A DNA stretch of 63,454 nucleotides, filler included, from Collodictyon triciliatum (taxonomy: Eukaryota): assembly GCA_043381765.1 (NCBI GenBank). It is 10 parts of 10 records of this genome, joined end to end, with 100 filler letters (N's around TTAATTAATTAA, not from the genome) between each part and the next. Parts side by side here need not be neighbours in the genome. Positions count along the whole stretch, not along the records: positions 41,571 to 48,396 come from JBHJMP010004222.1; positions 48,497 to 55,320 come from JBHJMP010004223.1; positions 55,421 to 62,244 come from JBHJMP010004224.1; positions 62,345 to 63,454 come from JBHJMP010004375.1; 6 more parts are not named here. The stretch is one strand, 5' to 3'. A program made the position numbers and the translations under genes. The notes below the pieces were generated by a model that saw nothing but the letters and a program-made list of their open reading frames with translations, searched no databases and had not been told where the DNA came from. Below, piece by piece: positions 42,220 through 63,454 of this stretch. Numbering within the stretch: position 1 is the stretch's first letter; each line of letters starts with the position of its first letter.

Positions 42220-43971
42220 ATGTCCGGGGATCAGGTGATAGAAGAAGACTATGGTGTCATCAAGCTCGTTGGAGAAGGGTATGTGGAAATGGCTTTACTC
42301 CTTATAAACTCACTTTTTTATACTTTTTTTTTTGTATTTTTTTTTTGTACTTTTCTACACTAGCTTATACTTTTCATACTTTTTTACAACTATTTTATGA
42401 TTTTTTGAATACTTTCAGTGCCTCCTTTTATTTCTTCTAACAAGTATGCAAGTCCTTGATGCTTTATGCTCTTACATGCTTTTATGTAACTTACAACTTC
42501 TGCACTTTCTTCAAAGCTCCTACGGCGCTGTGTACTCTGCGACGTATCGACCGACAATGGAAATTGTGGCCATCAAAAAGGCTCCGCTTGACGCAAATCT
42601 CGAGAGAACGCTGGGCGAAGTCGATATTCTCAAGCGAACACGACACCAGTTTGTTTGCATCTCGATTAGTTGACTACGCCTCAATTAGCGTCTGGCTGTT
42701 TTTCATTCATTTATTTTAAATTTGGGTTTTACAGAACCAACATACGTTTGCAAGATTGCTGTTGATATTAATGCAGTCATTAAAATAAATAAATAAAACA
42801 TAACACAGGAATATCGTCAAGTTTCATGGTACATGCCGGACTCAGGACAGCATCTGGGTTTCCTTTTGAACGCAATTTATTTTAAATCTATTTTCTGATC
42901 TGTTCTGATTCTTTGCAAAAAATAAAATAAAAAATAAAAAATACAACGTGTGAAAGAGAAGTTACTATAATAATGTATTGTTTCAAACTTTGGGGTTTTG
43001 GTGACAGATTGTGATGGAATTCTGTGAGGCTGGCTCTCTGCTTGATATCATGAAAGCACTCGGCAGACCCCTTTTAGGTGACTATTAATCCGAACGAAAG
43101 CTGTCAATATCTGTGATTTGCATCATGAGGTCATATTTATGTGTCTTTGTCACTTAAAGTATCACATACTTAAAATATCTAATTATATGCCTACTTTGTC
43201 TTTTCTTTGTTTGATTCTCTTATCCAGAGGTTGAAATTGGTCTTATTCTTGATGGAGTTATCGCGGGCTTAAATTATCTCCACGCAAATAAAAGACTTCA
43301 TCGTGACTTGAAGTGTGGAAATATTTTAATGTCGTACCAAGGTGTTCCGAAAATCGGTAATAAATGCTTCAAAGCTGACCTTTCTTAAATTATTTCATTC
43401 ACTCTTAATTTATACAGCGTAATCAGGAGTTTTCTATTTATTTTATCAAACTATTATCAATTATCTCCTTTTGTTCTCATTCATAAACGACAATATTTTT
43501 AACAAACCTACTACAGCTGACTTTGGTATATCTGTCCAGCTGGCTAGAACGATGGAGAAAAGGCAATCTAACTGAAAAATTGTCAAAAATATATCGCTGC
43601 CTAGCTTGCTACCTTTTTAATTAACTCAGCTTCATTAAATAAGGGCTCACTTTTTTTGTTGACTACAACGTTCACAGTCATCGGAACACCATATTGGATG
43701 GCACCTGAAGTAATCCATGACATTGGTTATGACCACAAGGTAACTCATTTTCATGTAAAATTTACAAAATTTGGTTGTTTCATATAAAAATTAATAATTA
43801 AATAATTATATTTAGGCTGATATATGGTCACTTGGAATAAGCATAATTGAAATGACCCAACTAAAGCCCCCTCATAGTGATTTGCCCCCGATGAGAGCGT
43901 TATTTGGTTTGTTCGTACTATAACCCCCACCTTTTAAAAATTTACAGGATTCCTTTTACGTGCAATTTAAA

Positions 43972-44066
<95 letters not shown>

Positions 44067-45909
44067 CTCTATTATCTTACATAAAGCCATTCCTTTCCAA
44101 CCGGCACCTCGTCTTCAAAGTGGCGGAAAGTAATAATGACACGAACATAATATTGTGGGAAATGATATGTATATGATTTAGACTCATTTTTCTTTTCATT
44201 TGTGTTTTTAATATCAGATTACTCATTTTTATCTACACTTTGCCATCAGATGGTCGATTGAGATGCAGGATTTTGTTAGCAGATGTCTCATCAAGGAACC
44301 AAAAGGTCGCTTCTCTACTACTGAACTGATGAAGGTGTTTTAATTTGCTGCGAGATAATTCGAAAAACGAACTTTTCTTTTTCTTTTTCTTTAGCAATCT
44401 CCCTCCTTATTAATAAAAGAGCATATATTCTATTGTGATGAAATTTAACTCTCTCAATTAGCACCCGTTTATGAAAATAACTCGAAATAGACAGTATCTT
44501 GCTGATTTGATAGACCAGTACAAAGCATCGGTAAATTTTCTTGGAAAAAATATGAAATCATGTATTGACCCATTTTTAAAATTGATACAATCTTTCAAAC
44601 AGCCCAAGTTCTTTATTGAAAATGAACCTACTCAATTTATGGATTCTTTTTCCCCGATTACCTCTTCGAAGGTATTATTAATTTTCCATGAAAACTATTA
44701 GTGAAGAGCTATATGTATGAATCTGTTATAATCGATAGCAAATTCTTTGAATCGAATAAAGGGAAAAAAATAATCGATAGCAAATTCTAATGAATGATTA
44801 TTCAGATTGGAGAAATGCCACAGTCTTCATCGATTTCGATATTTGAGGATTCCATGACCCAGTACGGAAAATTCTTACGCATAAATTATAGTTTTGAGAC
44901 CCCTGCTCCTTTTTCTTTTTCTCTTTTTTATTATTTTTTTGTAACCCGAGTTTCTTTTCTATCAATCAGCCCTGAGCAGTATGGAACAATCAAAGAACTG
45001 GATCAATTGACGATGGTTCATTTCTCAGATGTAAGTATCATAAAAAAATATTTTAAATTATACTCCCCAAGATTCCTAGAATTGTTTTTTTTTCTCTTTC
45101 TTTTAAGAAAACAAAAAAAAAAAGTGATAATCTAAGCAACCCATTACCGTATGCAGGCGACATTTATCGAAAATGGTACAATTATGTATTCAGTTCATTA
45201 AACGAAGTTGGAAGCAGCAACGGCAACATAACGAAAATTACACAATTTTTTCCATTTAAAAAGAACCGTGACTTACCATTCATATATTTGTTGCTTTTAT
45301 GTATGGATATGTGGCAAACAAAGACCAAGCGGAAGAAACCATCCCACAATTCAAAAAATACATGGACGAAAAAGCACCGGGCACAAAAGTTGCATGGGGC
45401 ACATCCCAACCACCTCTTGGCTCGGAAAAAGTAATCATTCATTTGATGGCATGTAAATCGATACTGAAGAATTATTTAAATGTTAGTGTGCAATTCGAAA
45501 CAAAAAGTGGAGCTTTTGTACCCTAAGTTGAATCATTTATTGTAGTGATAGTAATAATTAAAAAGAAAACGTCTTTTATATACAGTATTCTGGACTATCA
45601 CTCACAGAGCTTCGTGATATATTGAACGCGATAAATGCACAAGAATCTCGTGAAATCGAGGCCATTCGGTAATTCTCGGCTTCATATTGCAATAATGATG
45701 ATACTATTCCAAAGAAAGAGAAGAAAAAGAAAAAAAAAGAAAGGAACGCTTCTAAAATGAACCATCCCGCTATCAATATATTTTTATTATTACTAAATGT
45801 TTTTGTATCTTCAAATTCTGGTTGTCATCCCTCAACCAAAAGAGAAAAGTATGCCAAGCAAAAGGAGCTTCTTCGAGATATGATATCGCGCAGAGAATCC
45901 GATTTGTGA
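42220..45909 (+). CDS. STE20-family Hippo/MST1/2-type kinase with C-terminal SARAH domain
   Basis: Spliced [63 protein letters not shown]-terminal [45 protein letters not shown] is SARAH-like. Confidence 0.9.
44728..44788 (+). mobile_element. Family A retroposon micro-insertion (23 bp, 44747..44769) in a kinase intron
   Basis: 19-bp direct repeat ATAATCGATAGCAAATTCT (44728..44746, 44770..44788) flanks TTGAATCGAATAAAGGG-A6. Confidence 0.85.
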
Positions 45910-46275
45910 CATGAAGTGTGGGAATGTGTTTTCTTTTGATAGACGATCAAAATTTCTCTCCAACATCCCGCTTTTCCCATAGACGAGGATGAAGAAAAAG
46001 AAAAGTTTGATTGATGGAATGGAGAAGCATTAAAGATTTAGCTCTTTGGGTCACTATCCTACTAGAACTCCATTTTTTTACAGCCATAAAAAAAAAGAAG
46101 AAAAAGAAAAATATGCCTCGTTTTTTTATTTTATTTTCTGGTGTTATTTTCTTTCATTTATCTTTATTTTTCCTTTCAATTTTCAATTATTTTTTTTTGA
46201 TTATCATTTACACACAAACATAAACACATGGTTTTATGATATTGTATTATCCTTATTGCAAGATATTTATCAGAC

Positions 46276-47955
46276 TTAAGCAGACTCGATAAACCAACGA
46301 ATGGGGTTGCTAGTAGCAGGGAACCTGTCGGAGTCGTGATAGAGATAATCCATGGAACTGATGAGCGATGACTGCAGCGTCCCTGCCTCGTGCTCGAATA
46401 GGTACATGACCATGGCCCAAGTGAACGACGCAAAAGCTGTTTGGTGAATGAATTATGAAATGGTTTAATTTCACTGTTGGGTTCATCTACACAAGAAAAG
46501 ACTTTGGTAGACACAAACCAGGATACGCCCATGTGTAGCTTTCCGTCCATTTATTGCGGACCGCTGCTCGGATGAATCCAAGGAAAATGCGGGAAAAGAC
46601 ATAGAGATTGATTTGCATATTGACGGGGTTGTCTTCACCAAACACAAAGTAACCACCTATCGCCCCAGCAAGTGCAGTGTTGATTGGGTCTTGTTTCTAT
46701 GCATGGAGTGTGATAGGTTCGCACCATGAGCAAATTGTTTCATGATTTAATGTCCTGGCTACATAATATATTCGATGGGTTTGAATGAATTTGCTTACAC
46801 GTCGAATATTCCTGAGAAGACAACCAATGAACTTGTAGAGAGACACATAAATCGCAAGATTCTTTGAATGTTGGAAAGTGGCTTGGAAGATGCTTCTCAC
46901 TTTGCTTCGAATGCTTTGGGATAGGTTATTTCAGTTGTTGTGATAATAGGTCATAAGATAAGTGAGAAAATTCGAATTGAATTATTTTATATTGAGATCT
47001 TCTATTCACTATTATTTTCCAGCATGATTTTGTTTGTTTGTTTGTTTGTTTTTGTTTTTTGTTTTTTGTTTTTTGTCTTGTAATATTTTATTTATTTTCT
47101 ATTGTTTCTACTTATTTGCTTTTTTATATTTTCTTCTATTCTCTATCCATTATCCGTTCAGTGAACAAATGGTAATATTAAAGTGTGGTTCACTATGGTT
47201 ATAGGCAATAAAAAAAAAAGTATATAGAGACCAATACCTGCCGTCGCGGAAGAGGAAGGTCATTACGAAGGCATGTGGGAATCGAATCTTCGCCCCGTAA
47301 ACTGCGCCTTGTCGAAACCCACGCAGGACAGAAAGCACACAGGAGTGATGCGCACAAGCACCCTAAGTATTGTCTTGTTTTGTTACTTTCTCTATTTTAT
47401 TGTTTTGTTTTGTTTTTATTGTTTTTTATTGTTTTTTATTGTTTTTTATTGTTTTTTATTGTTTTTTTATTGTTTTTTTATTGTTTTTTTATTGTTTTTT
47501 TATTGTTTTTTATTGTTTTTTATTGTTTTTTTTATTGTTTTTTATTGTTTTTTATTGTTTTTTTATTGTTTTTTATTGTTTTTTTATTGTTTTTATAACT
47601 TTCCTTGCGACACCCATTCCTGATAATAGGCTGAATGACGTCATACAAATCTCTTTCCTCAATAGCTTCCTTCGCCACCTGCACGTTCTCTACTACTCGA
47701 ACCCTGTGAGAAGAGACATGTGGAAAGAAGCTGAGAAGAAATTAAGCTTCGCCTTGTATCTCTCATGCAAGCACAAGACCCAGGCTACAGGCCAAACCAC
47801 AGGATGCAATTCCTGATTACTGACTACTTCTCTGCCACCCGGCTAACAAGTAGCGTCCATGCAAACGATGGCTAGCGAACCAAAGCCAAAACCTCCACCA
47901 TCCTGCACAAAATTGAAAGGAAGAATAAAAAAAAATCTTTCCTTGCGACCACCAT
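46276..47955 (-). CDS. PXMP4: Peroxisomal membrane protein 4 (PXMP4/PMP24, Tim17 family)
   Basis: LRGFRQGAVYGAKIRFPHAFVMTFLF, ATFQHSKNLAIYV, GGYFVFGEDNPVNMQINLYVFSR, VMYLFEHEAGTLQSSLISSMDYLYHDSD. The start ATG (47955) in a tiny first exon is tentative. Confidence 0.9.
47599..47949 (+). mobile_element. Family B 5'-truncated LINE-like insertion (about 325 bp, 47612..47936)
   Basis: 13-bp TSD CTTTCCTTGCGAC (47599..47611, 47937..47949). An open frame PIPDNRL...GCNS* ends at 47816, followed by about 110 bp of UTR and AATAAA-poly(A); the 3' end matches 34915..34960. Confidence 0.82.
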
Positions 47956-48904
47956 CACGCTTGTGCACTCGTGTGTTGTAACCCGGATTATGTGGTGCAG
48001 CTCATTCCACCCTGTAGTGGGTGTGGAAATTCCATATGTGGATAGTGAACATTCACCGCCCATAAATAGTTTTTCAAGTGATAGCCACCTCGGATCCAAT
48101 CGCACGCAACCCGGCGTCGTGTGCGTCAGACGTGATTTGCGGCCTCAGAGACAGCTTTGCCTGCATGTGTTTGTGGAGTCTCGTCTGGGTGGGTGGCCTG
48201 AATGAGATAATTGCGGCGAGTACCTCAGATTGCCTACTAAGTTGCTTTTGAATGGACTAGGGGGTTTCATTCATTTTTCTTACTTTCTATTTTTTTTGTT
48301 TTTGTTTTTGTTTTTGTTTTTGTTTTTGTTTTTGTTTTTGTTTTTGTTTTTGTTTTTGTTTTTGTTTTTGTTTTTGTTTTTGTTTTTGTTTTTGTTNNNN
48401 NNNNNNNNNNNNNNNNNNNNNNNNNNNNNNNNNNNNNNNNTTAATTAATTAANNNNNNNNNNNNNNNNNNNNNNNNNNNNNNNNNNNNNNNNNNNNTTTT
48501 TTTATTGGGTTTTTTTATTGGGTTTTTTTATTGGGTTTTTTTATTGGGTTTTTTTATTGGGTTTTTTTATTGGGTTTTTTGGGATGCAGCATTTAGGTGT
48601 GATGGCTAAAAAATTAAGCGGAGGTGGCTTTGAGGCATTGGAATTTAGGCGATAGTTCGGTTTATCAAAAAAACCAAGAAAAAAACTGCCTTCATATACC
48701 CGCGCCAGACAACTTTTCTGCGCACTAATACACTTCGTGTAATTTTTTCTTTCGACTTCTCTTCATCATCATTATTATTTGTTTGTTTAATATTTGCCGA
48801 TCTCCCTTAGTCGCGGTATTGCTGGTGACTAAGGTGCGTCCGTATTGCGCTTTGGTGTGGCCGATACTCACGCCAGTAATACCACATTATAGAAACCTTC
48901 GAGA

Positions 48905-49554
48905 ATGCAGGCCGGAGAAGACGAGTCGTCGGGGGCTGTGTGGAGACGATTTTTCCTTGTTTCGGTGGCGCTTTTTGGTGCTCCGCTTGCAACGCTCCTC
49001 AGTTTGCAGCTTTTCCTTCTGGAAGGTCAGTGCCACTCCACATTTCAGAGTCCTTTCTGACCTCTGCTGTCGACTCCCTGAGACCATTGTCCCAAAAGAC
49101 TCCAGTGCGATCAAGCTCGAGCCTCACATTTGCTGCTGGCTGAGACATCGACTTTGTGTCGCGTATGGCTCGGAGTAGTGAAGTTGGGATGATGATGATG
49201 TTGATGTTGATGATGATGATGACTATGCATATCTTATGCTTTGCAACATATCATTTCTCTGTTGCAATATTTTAGAGCATTGCTCCCATTCACTCGCCAC
49301 CATCTTAAAACAATTGGAGATAGAGACGAAGAAAAGAAGCCGCTTGATTGAATCACTAGAGACTCTGTAATTATATATCAGGTCTCTTCGGGATCCAAAA
49401 CAAAGATACAAAATGGATCATCAGTGCAGTTTGCTCGCTGGTGGTATTGCAACTCATCATTGTCGCATATATCACAGCAGCTCTGCGGGACGCCAGGGCA
49501 ACAATCTTGAAGCAGAAGCAGCCCAAAGTGCTCTCGAAGATGAAGAATCACTGA
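48905..49554 (+). CDS. VMA21: V-ATPase assembly factor VMA21-like (2 exons: 48905..49025, 49382..49554; 97 aa)
   Basis: MQAGEDESSGAVWRRFFLVSVALFGAPLATLLSLQLFLLEGLFGIQNKDTKWIISAVCSLVVLQLIIVAYITAALRD...KMKNH*: two TM helices and a KxKxx ER-retrieval end. Absent from the ORF track. Confidence 0.75.
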
Positions 49555-49812
49555 GTGTTTATCTCCTCATTCTTTTCTTCAATCTACGCACCAGGGCATT
49601 TTCACCCACAGAACCATATATATATTCAGCCAAACATTAACGCGCATGACTGCAGCATCATGAGATATATATTCTACATAAACTGAGGTATGGACTTTTT
49701 CATGACGCGCCAAAGCTCTGCGTTTTGAGTTACTTTTTCTCGACCTTTTCAACTATTGTACGCGTGGTTTGGCACTTATTTTCTTGTTTGATCTGTTGAT
49801 TTATTGTATGTA

Positions 49813-51075
49813 TTATTCGATGACAATCTTTGCACCAACTTCCTCCATCTTGGCTTTCATCTTTTCTGCGTCTGCCTTGGAGAGCTTCTCCTTTAGAACC
49901 TTCGGGGCTCCTTCCACAATGTTTTTCGCCTAGGGTGATGATTGTCAAGTGGTCATTAACTATGCATACGGGGAAAAAACTTGCGTATTCATCTTGTGGT
50001 GGTGAATACCCAAAGGCTCAGATCCAGAATGAATGCTGGTCATGTTGGTTGATATTGGACAAACCTCGACAATTGATAGTTCTGGCATGACCGTGCGAAC
50101 TTGCTTGACAATCTTGAGTTTGGCATCCGCAGGAAAGCCTGGCGTTAAAAAAATCATAGATTTAAGGGCTACTTTTCAGAAATCTTTACAAAAGAACGCA
50201 AGAAAAAGTCTCGCAAAATCGACGGTGTATAATACTGGTTTCCAAGAGAACCTTCCAGCTTCACAGTAAACTCGGTCTTTTCCTTGGGCTTTTCTTCCTC
50301 CTTCATGATAGTTTTGGAAAGGGTAAGCGTGGTTCTCAAGCGTAATTCTACTACAATAGAGCTGTTTAAAATGTGTGTGTCATGACAATACTTTCTTTGA
50401 ATCTCCGGCTGCCTGTGTAGTTGCGTTTGCAGACTCCAGAGCGTCATCACCAAGGTTGAATTCTTGCTGTTATAGAATATATATGTATGTATGCAACTAT
50501 AAATAAGATGGATGGGGATATTTTTTGTCATTATGATCTGAAAAAAAGTTTATTGGACAAGAGGGACTGCATACTGGAAGGTTGCAAAGTGTTGCCTTTA
50601 TTTCAAGAAAAAAAAAGTCTATCCTTATGGGGATGAAAATCAACTTGCCTTGATGATTTGGCAGACGTACATCATTTCCACAAGGTCTAAACCGCGCAGC
50701 TTCTTTGCCAAGGAGCGAATATGCTCGGCATTTGGTGGAGGCGCAATTACGACCGGTGCGGCCGCTGTTTCAACATTAGCTGCAGGGTTCGAGTCTTGGC
50801 TGGCTGCTTTGTGTGGGAATATTCAGCTAAATAGACTCCCAGGAATAAAGAAATACATGCCAAGTGTGCGTCAAAGAGAAGAATGTCCGAAGCAACAGAA
50901 ACCACTGTTTCCACTAGTTCGTTTTCTTTTCCTATCATTTCATTATTTCTTCTGGTGAAAGAAAAAAACTAGGCAAAAGGAGCTGCAAATGGTTTAACGA
51001 GACCTTCAGGGGTGGAAGTCGAGAACTGGAGCTGCTGAAGGCGAAGGAGAGTCGTTTGTGCAATCGGACGTTCAT
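49813..51075 (-). CDS. MRPL12: Mitochondrial ribosomal protein L7/L12 (bL12m), multi-exon
   Basis: [73 protein letters not shown]. Presequence-like start [16 protein letters not shown]. Confidence 0.9.
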
Positions 51076-52508
51076 GTAGAGAAAGACGACTACTTTAGAG
51101 TGGTCACACGCTTGAAAGAGCTTAGAGACGGTCTTCTGAGAGTGAGGTAGCAAGACAAGCAACTCAAACTTGAAAGTGTAGTCGAGGCTAAAAGAACAAG
51201 AACAAGAACAAGAACAACGACAATACCTTTGTCAACTGAATGAAGCGCGGAGCTTGCCTGGGTTGTAGAGTATGTGTGATTGCTTAATAAAATATTTTTG
51301 CATATTTGATTATGTGCCGAGGGATGATTGCGGGCATTTTTGAAAAGAATAGTAGAAGAATTGATCAGATTGGAGTAGTAAGATGGGGAAAAAGGCTCAA
51401 CAGCTACGTTTTTTAGTTCAAAAAAAAGATGAGGGAAAAAGGCGGGACCTACAAGCGCTACTTGATCAAGACTGGGGAATCTGGGTTGGGGCCAAGGCGA
51501 GAAGGAAGAAAAAAAAGAGAGAAAGAAAGATTTTCTAAGAACCTGTGAGTGTACTGCGAAGCACGGCTGAGTGCTACTGCGTTTTTCAAGACGCTTGGGC
51601 ACAGTCGATTCATACTTTGAATGGATCTCCACTGGGAGAGGGCGCTGCGCGTCGGGGATGTGGCTTCTTTTTTTCTTTTTTGATTTATTTGCGGCAAGAA
51701 AATAATCAAAAGGAAGAGGAAATAGTTATTCCATATCTGGAAAATATTTTACAAGTTCAATCCAACGGCTTTTGATGTGGTGTTTGGTTCGCAGGTAATC
51801 TAAATTCGGTTCGTGCATTAGCCGCATTTACATCAATCTGACCAACGCGTATTTCCCTGTCCGTTTTTGTGTGGGCTTCAGAAGCTGTGATGGAAATGCT
51901 TTTGCGAAATTGCGTCATATATTGTTTCTGCCTCTTAATTTTACTTCGACTGGTTTCATAAGATGTAAACATTATGGTCAAACAATCATTAGTGATGGTG
52001 GACCTGCGTAGCTCAGGGCTAATCACTGCCAAATGAATAGATACGCTATTACAGGGCTATTGCCTTATGACGATTTTTTTTTTTTGAGTTTTGATTAAGT
52101 GCAACCTTTCTTTTTTCACTGCTCGTAAGATTATCAGAGGCTATGGATGATTACTAACTCGCATATTACTTAGAAAAAATCGGTATGTCTGATGTCCACT
52201 TTGTTTTTGTTTTGTTTTGTTTTGATACTTAGACTTGGTTTATTGAAAATGAGATTTAAAAAATAAAGAGATAAGAAAAAAAGACAGAAAGCTAAAGAAA
52301 TGAAACAAGTGTATGACATTTACACAGTCAAACGGACTTTGTTTTCAATTCTCAGATACAATACAACCCTGCTTAGTCCGGTGAGAATACTCAATATTAT
52401 GATATTGAGATTTAGACTACTATATATTGCGTGATGGTTCGAGTCTCGTCTTTTTATTGCGATTATGTTTCATTGACATTTCATGAAGGAATAAGTTGGC
52501 AATATTGC

Positions 52509-55143
<2,635 letters not shown>

Positions 55144-55813
55144 TCTGGCTATGCTTTTGATGTTTTTTCTCTTATTCTTTTCTTTTTTCCTATATTTTAT
55201 CTTTTCTTTTATCTTGTCTTTTATCTTTTCTTTTATCTTATCTTTTATCTTATCTTTTATCTTATCTTTTATCTTATCTTTTATCTTATCTTTTATCTTA
55301 TCTTTTATCTTATCTTTTCCNNNNNNNNNNNNNNNNNNNNNNNNNNNNNNNNNNNNNNNNNNNNTTAATTAATTAANNNNNNNNNNNNNNNNNNNNNNNN
55401 NNNNNNNNNNNNNNNNNNNNAGAAAAGAAAAGAAAAGAAAAGAAAAGAAAAGAAAAGAAAAGAAAAGAAAAGAAAAGAAAAGAAAAGAAAAGAAAAGAAA
55501 AGAAAAGAAAAGGAAAAGGGGAGTTAAAAATAAAAAAAAATGTATGTAGTAGGGCGACCGGTTAATTGAACTCTCGATATTGATTCCGATGCTTATCACA
55601 TCTGTCCTTGTCTTTCGAGCGACAGTTTTGTGACGAAAATCTTGCAATAATTAAAACTCAATACAGAAGTCCAACTGAAGTATCCAACCAAAGTGAATAG
55701 ATAAAACTCACACACAAAGCACGAGAAACGAAACGAAACGAAACCAAAAATACAAAAAAATAATTGCATACTTTGAAATTGATGTGTTTCGCTTCAGAGG
55801 CGACTTGTGTTGG

Positions 55814-62072
<6,259 letters not shown>

Positions 62073-62599
62073 TGCTGGCTTTGATAAATAAAATAGAGTA
62101 TAATAAAATAGAGTATAATAAAATAGAGTGTAATAAAATAGAGTGTAATAAAATAGAGTATAATAAAATAGAGTATAATAAAATAGAGTATAATAAAATA
62201 GAGTATAATAAAATAGAGTATAATAAAATAGAGTATAATAAAATNNNNNNNNNNNNNNNNNNNNNNNNNNNNNNNNNNNNNNNNNNNNTTAATTAATTAA
62301 NNNNNNNNNNNNNNNNNNNNNNNNNNNNNNNNNNNNNNNNNNNNTAATACATAATACATAATACATAATACATAATACATAATACATAATACATAATACA
62401 TAATACATAATACATAATACATAATACATAATACATAATACATAAAGAATAAGAAAAAAAGGAAAGAAAAGAAACCTTCGCACATGGAATCAGTATTTTA
62501 AATGATTTGAAAATGACTATAAAATGAGTATCATTTGGAAAAATGAACACAACCAACGTGGAGAGTGTATTTTCTATCCCTGTTGAATAATAACAGGAT

Positions 62600-63190
62600 C
62601 AGTTAAAACAAAATTGATAACAAAATGGAGGATAATTACCTCCAAATTGTAAAAGGTGCATCTAAGTACAATTTGTTTTTTTTTTTGAGACAAAAATCTC
62701 TTTTTTTTTTCAAGATTATATTACCTCTTAATTTAAATAATCACAATATTTATATCTCTTTCAACAACATGTTACAAAATTTTGGTAAAAATCACTTAAA
62801 TCACTTACGAGAAGGCAATTTTGTAATTGATGCATGAGTCATATGTCCCGATATCTCATATTTAGTTCTTTTTTCATACTCTGAAGTACTTTAATTTGTA
62901 TAGAATCAATCCGTGCGTTTAATTTACTCAATGATTAATAAAAATTATACTCATTTCCTTTTCGCTGACTCACAGTATTTTCAAAATATTTCAGGAAAAC
63001 TACCATGAACAAAATCTCCTTCGGCGTATGTTCTTACAGTAGATCTAGCCAAAGATTTGTGTCTTTTTATTGTGTCCTTTTATATCAAAATTTTCAATAA
63101 GGTAAAATTGTATAACTCAATTGAATGATCCAATTTGATATTGTTCCAGAGCTCCATTGGGTCTATGTATCATGAAGATCGCTCTGAAAA
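62600..63190 (-). CDS. Probable exons of an unidentified multi-exon gene (partial)
   Basis: Short, less AT-rich segments bounded by AG/GT (e.g. AIFMIHRPNGALEQYQIGSF). No recognisable family. Confidence 0.25.
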
Positions 63191-63387
63191 TGAAGGAGGG
63201 ATAAAGAGGCTTCATGATCAGTTTGTATATTTATTGAATACAAAGTTTTTGCTTTTTTTTTTTAATGTTGATTAATATACTCTTGAAAAAATGACACAAA
63301 CACTACAAACGAAACGATCAAACCCCAAAAAATAAAGCAATTGAATGAGATGAAGCTATTCAAGCTTACCAAGTAAATCGAGCAAAA

Positions 63388-63454
<67 letters not shown>

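Noticed and set aside
45182-45304. Possible GT-AT intron between TTATGTAT direct repeats in the kinase gene
   Set aside because: A canonical in-frame solution exists (AAT G|GTACAA ... AAAG|AC CAA), so non-canonical splicing is not required.
50806-51140. Apparent frameshift or tiny intron in the L7/L12 presequence
   Set aside because: ATG 51075 joins the next exon in frame via a phase-1 GTTCTC donor, a donor type used elsewhere in this window.

Overview
This is not one contiguous locus. It is ten unrelated contigs of about 6.82-6.83 kb, sorted by decreasing length and joined by an artificial 100-nt spacer (N44-TTAATTAATTAA-N44). They come from an intron-rich, AT-rich microbial eukaryote using the standard code, with microsatellite-laden introns. 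Its genes imply mitochondrial ribosomes, peroxisomes and probably a flagellum; the taxon cannot be identified from the sequence. I reconstructed these genes by hand-splicing: two tandem intronless HMG-box factors and tRNA-Arg(UCG); a PH-PH-sAC/sGC-type cyclase with a P-loop NTPase; an NHL-repeat protein; a class-3 lipase; a TM-Cache-TM-HAMP class III cyclase; cytosolic Hsp70; a Golgi sulfotransferase-like protein; a CSPP1/CCDC66-like coiled-coil protein; a Hippo/MST kinase with SARAH domain; PXMP4; VMA21; mitochondrial L7/L12; farnesyltransferase beta; and VPS41. The signals the ORF track does not show are: (1) two non-LTR retroposon families with target-site duplications, including 23-24 bp ultra-truncated insertions and one copy 44-57 bp upstream of the tRNA; (2) unusual splicing, with at least 5 GC-donor introns, one apparent GC-AC intron in the Hippo activation loop, a U12-like intron in VPS41, relaxed donors and acceptors, and microexons; (3) guanylyl-cyclase-type specificity residues in both cyclases; (4) a tandem HMG pair that is a speculative mating-type-like locus. 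All gene models are manual and need RNA-seq confirmation.
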